From NCBI GenBank assembly GCA_007376395.1, contig VMGE01000007.1, positions 8,037 to 72,036 of the forward strand: DNA of 64,000 nt, in the 5' to 3' direction. Source of the DNA: Microgenomates group bacterium Gr01-1014_5 (GTDB lineage: Bacteria > Patescibacteriota > Microgenomatia > UBA8517 > UBA10165). The notes beneath the pieces were generated by a model that ran no database searches, was not told the origin of the DNA, and was given only the letters and a program-made list of their open reading frames with translations. The position numbers and the translations under genes were made by a program. Below are positions 63,329 to 64,000 of the stretch, piece by piece (position 1 is the first letter of the stretch; the number at the start of each line of letters is the position of its first letter).

Positions 63329-64000
63329 ATGAATAAACTTTTGTCAACCCCGTTAGAAAAAATAAACAGCGTTTTTTCAATGCTTTTGAAAGCTAAATTT
63401 CTAACGGGGTCAAGAATATTTAAACCATTATTGCTACTCTACCCACTCCTGTGGCGCTTTGTGCCTGGGTTTAAGAGGTTGCCTATTATCCTTCAAAAAA
63501 CCCTGGCAATAGTTTTGTCTTTAACCATAATTCTTAATTCATCATTCTTAATTCTCACCTTTGGCCCCTGGGCCAAGAAGGTGGAGGCCGCCTGGTTTGA
63601 CGATTCCTGGGGCTACCGCCAAAGGGTGGACATCACCAACAGCGGCACCGCCCAAACTGACTATCAGGTCTCCATAACTCTGGACACCGCCACCCTAGTC
63701 ACTGCAGGAAAAGTCCAAAGCGACTGCGATGATATTCGAATTACCGATACCAACGGTAAACTACTGCCCCATTGGGTAGAAGAAAGCAATCCGGGATGCA
63801 ATAGCGCGACGACTAAAATCTGGACCAAAGCGCCTTCCATCACCACAAGTGGCGCGACTGTCTATCTCTACTATGGCAACCCTTCCGCGTCAAATGTCGA
63901 AAATCCCACTCAAGTTTTCGTCTTTTACGATAATTTCTCGGGCGACCTCTCCCGCTGGACTAACCCCTCAGGTTGCGCGGGCGCCATCTCCTCAGGGGTT
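63329..64000 (+). CDS. DUF2341-domain protein, 5' partial (runs off the window end)
   Basis: ATG at 63329; the frame stays open to position 64000. AWFDDSWGYRQRVDITNSGTAQTDYQVSITLD...DCDDIRITDTNGKLLPHWVEE...ATVYLYYGNP fits DUF2341. N-terminal signal/TM. Confidence 0.55.
   Translation, partial: MNKLLSTPLEKINSVFSMLLKAKFLTGSRIFKPLLLLYPLLWRFVPGFKRLPIILQKTLAIVLSLTIILNSSFLILTFGPWAKKVEAAWFDDSWGYRQRVDITNSGTAQTDYQVSITLDTATLVTAGKVQSDCDDIRITDTNGKLLPHWVEESNPGCNSATTKIWTKAPSITTSGATVYLYYGNPSASNVENPTQVFVFYDNFSGDLSRWTNPSGCAGAISSGV

Noticed and set aside
1-64000. CRISPR arrays or rRNA genes
   Set aside because: No regularly spaced direct repeats with unique spacers were seen. The tandem repeats present (36655-36820, giant-gene modules, AT microsatellites) are coding or simple-sequence. 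No rRNA-like conserved stretches noticed.

Overview
This window reads as an AT-rich, small-genome bacterium. The gene content and organisation suggest Candidate Phyla Radiation/Patescibacteria, but this is an inference only.

Part 1, confidently called content. There is a tRNA operon (Thr-UGU, Tyr-GUA, Thr-GGU) followed by rpmG. A TrpR/YerC-like HTH gene is flanked by a 26-bp perfect palindrome that recurs three times. tRNA-Trp is overlapped on the opposite strand by a large serine recombinase, which begins an ~8 kb island of small, often Cys-rich hypothetical genes. Then come rpsU, secE, nusG, rplK, rplA, the L10 leader, rplJ and rplL, with no rpoB/rpoC downstream. A tightly packed minus-strand cluster holds three ATP-grasp (RimK-like) ligases, one fused to a retropepsin-like DSGA domain, plus a polytopic membrane protein and a small protein. 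Further features are a cohesin/dockerin gene pair, several secreted beta-propeller proteins, WecB/TagA and GT4 glycosyltransferases, and an MreB-like gene with an internal deletion. Also present are tRNA-Arg(CCU) and tRNA-Pro(CGG), an M16 peptidase, comEA and a two-gene comEC, leuS, a 5640-aa membrane-anchored repeat protein, two Avd-like four-helix-bundle paralogs, and a diverged tandem duplication ending in a DUF2341 gene.

Part 2, observations for follow-up. (a) The triple palindrome is a candidate operator, or alternatively a recombination site. (b) The ATP-grasp/retropepsin/7TM locus has an internal inverted repeat and a possible 34-aa micro-ORF. (c) Tyrosine-recombinase core-binding (SAM-like) domains occur without any catalytic domain, both upstream of and fused to the N-terminus of the giant surface protein. 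(d) ndk and argS each carry a frameshift at a homopolymer tract. (e) A dispersed CAGAT-rich repeat occurs in intergenic DNA and inside argS. (f) AT-rich micro-repeats are inserted in-frame into leuS, argS and the GT4 gene. (g) The ORF after the giant gene has no ATG and is homologous to the giant C-terminus. No CRISPR array and no rRNA were seen.
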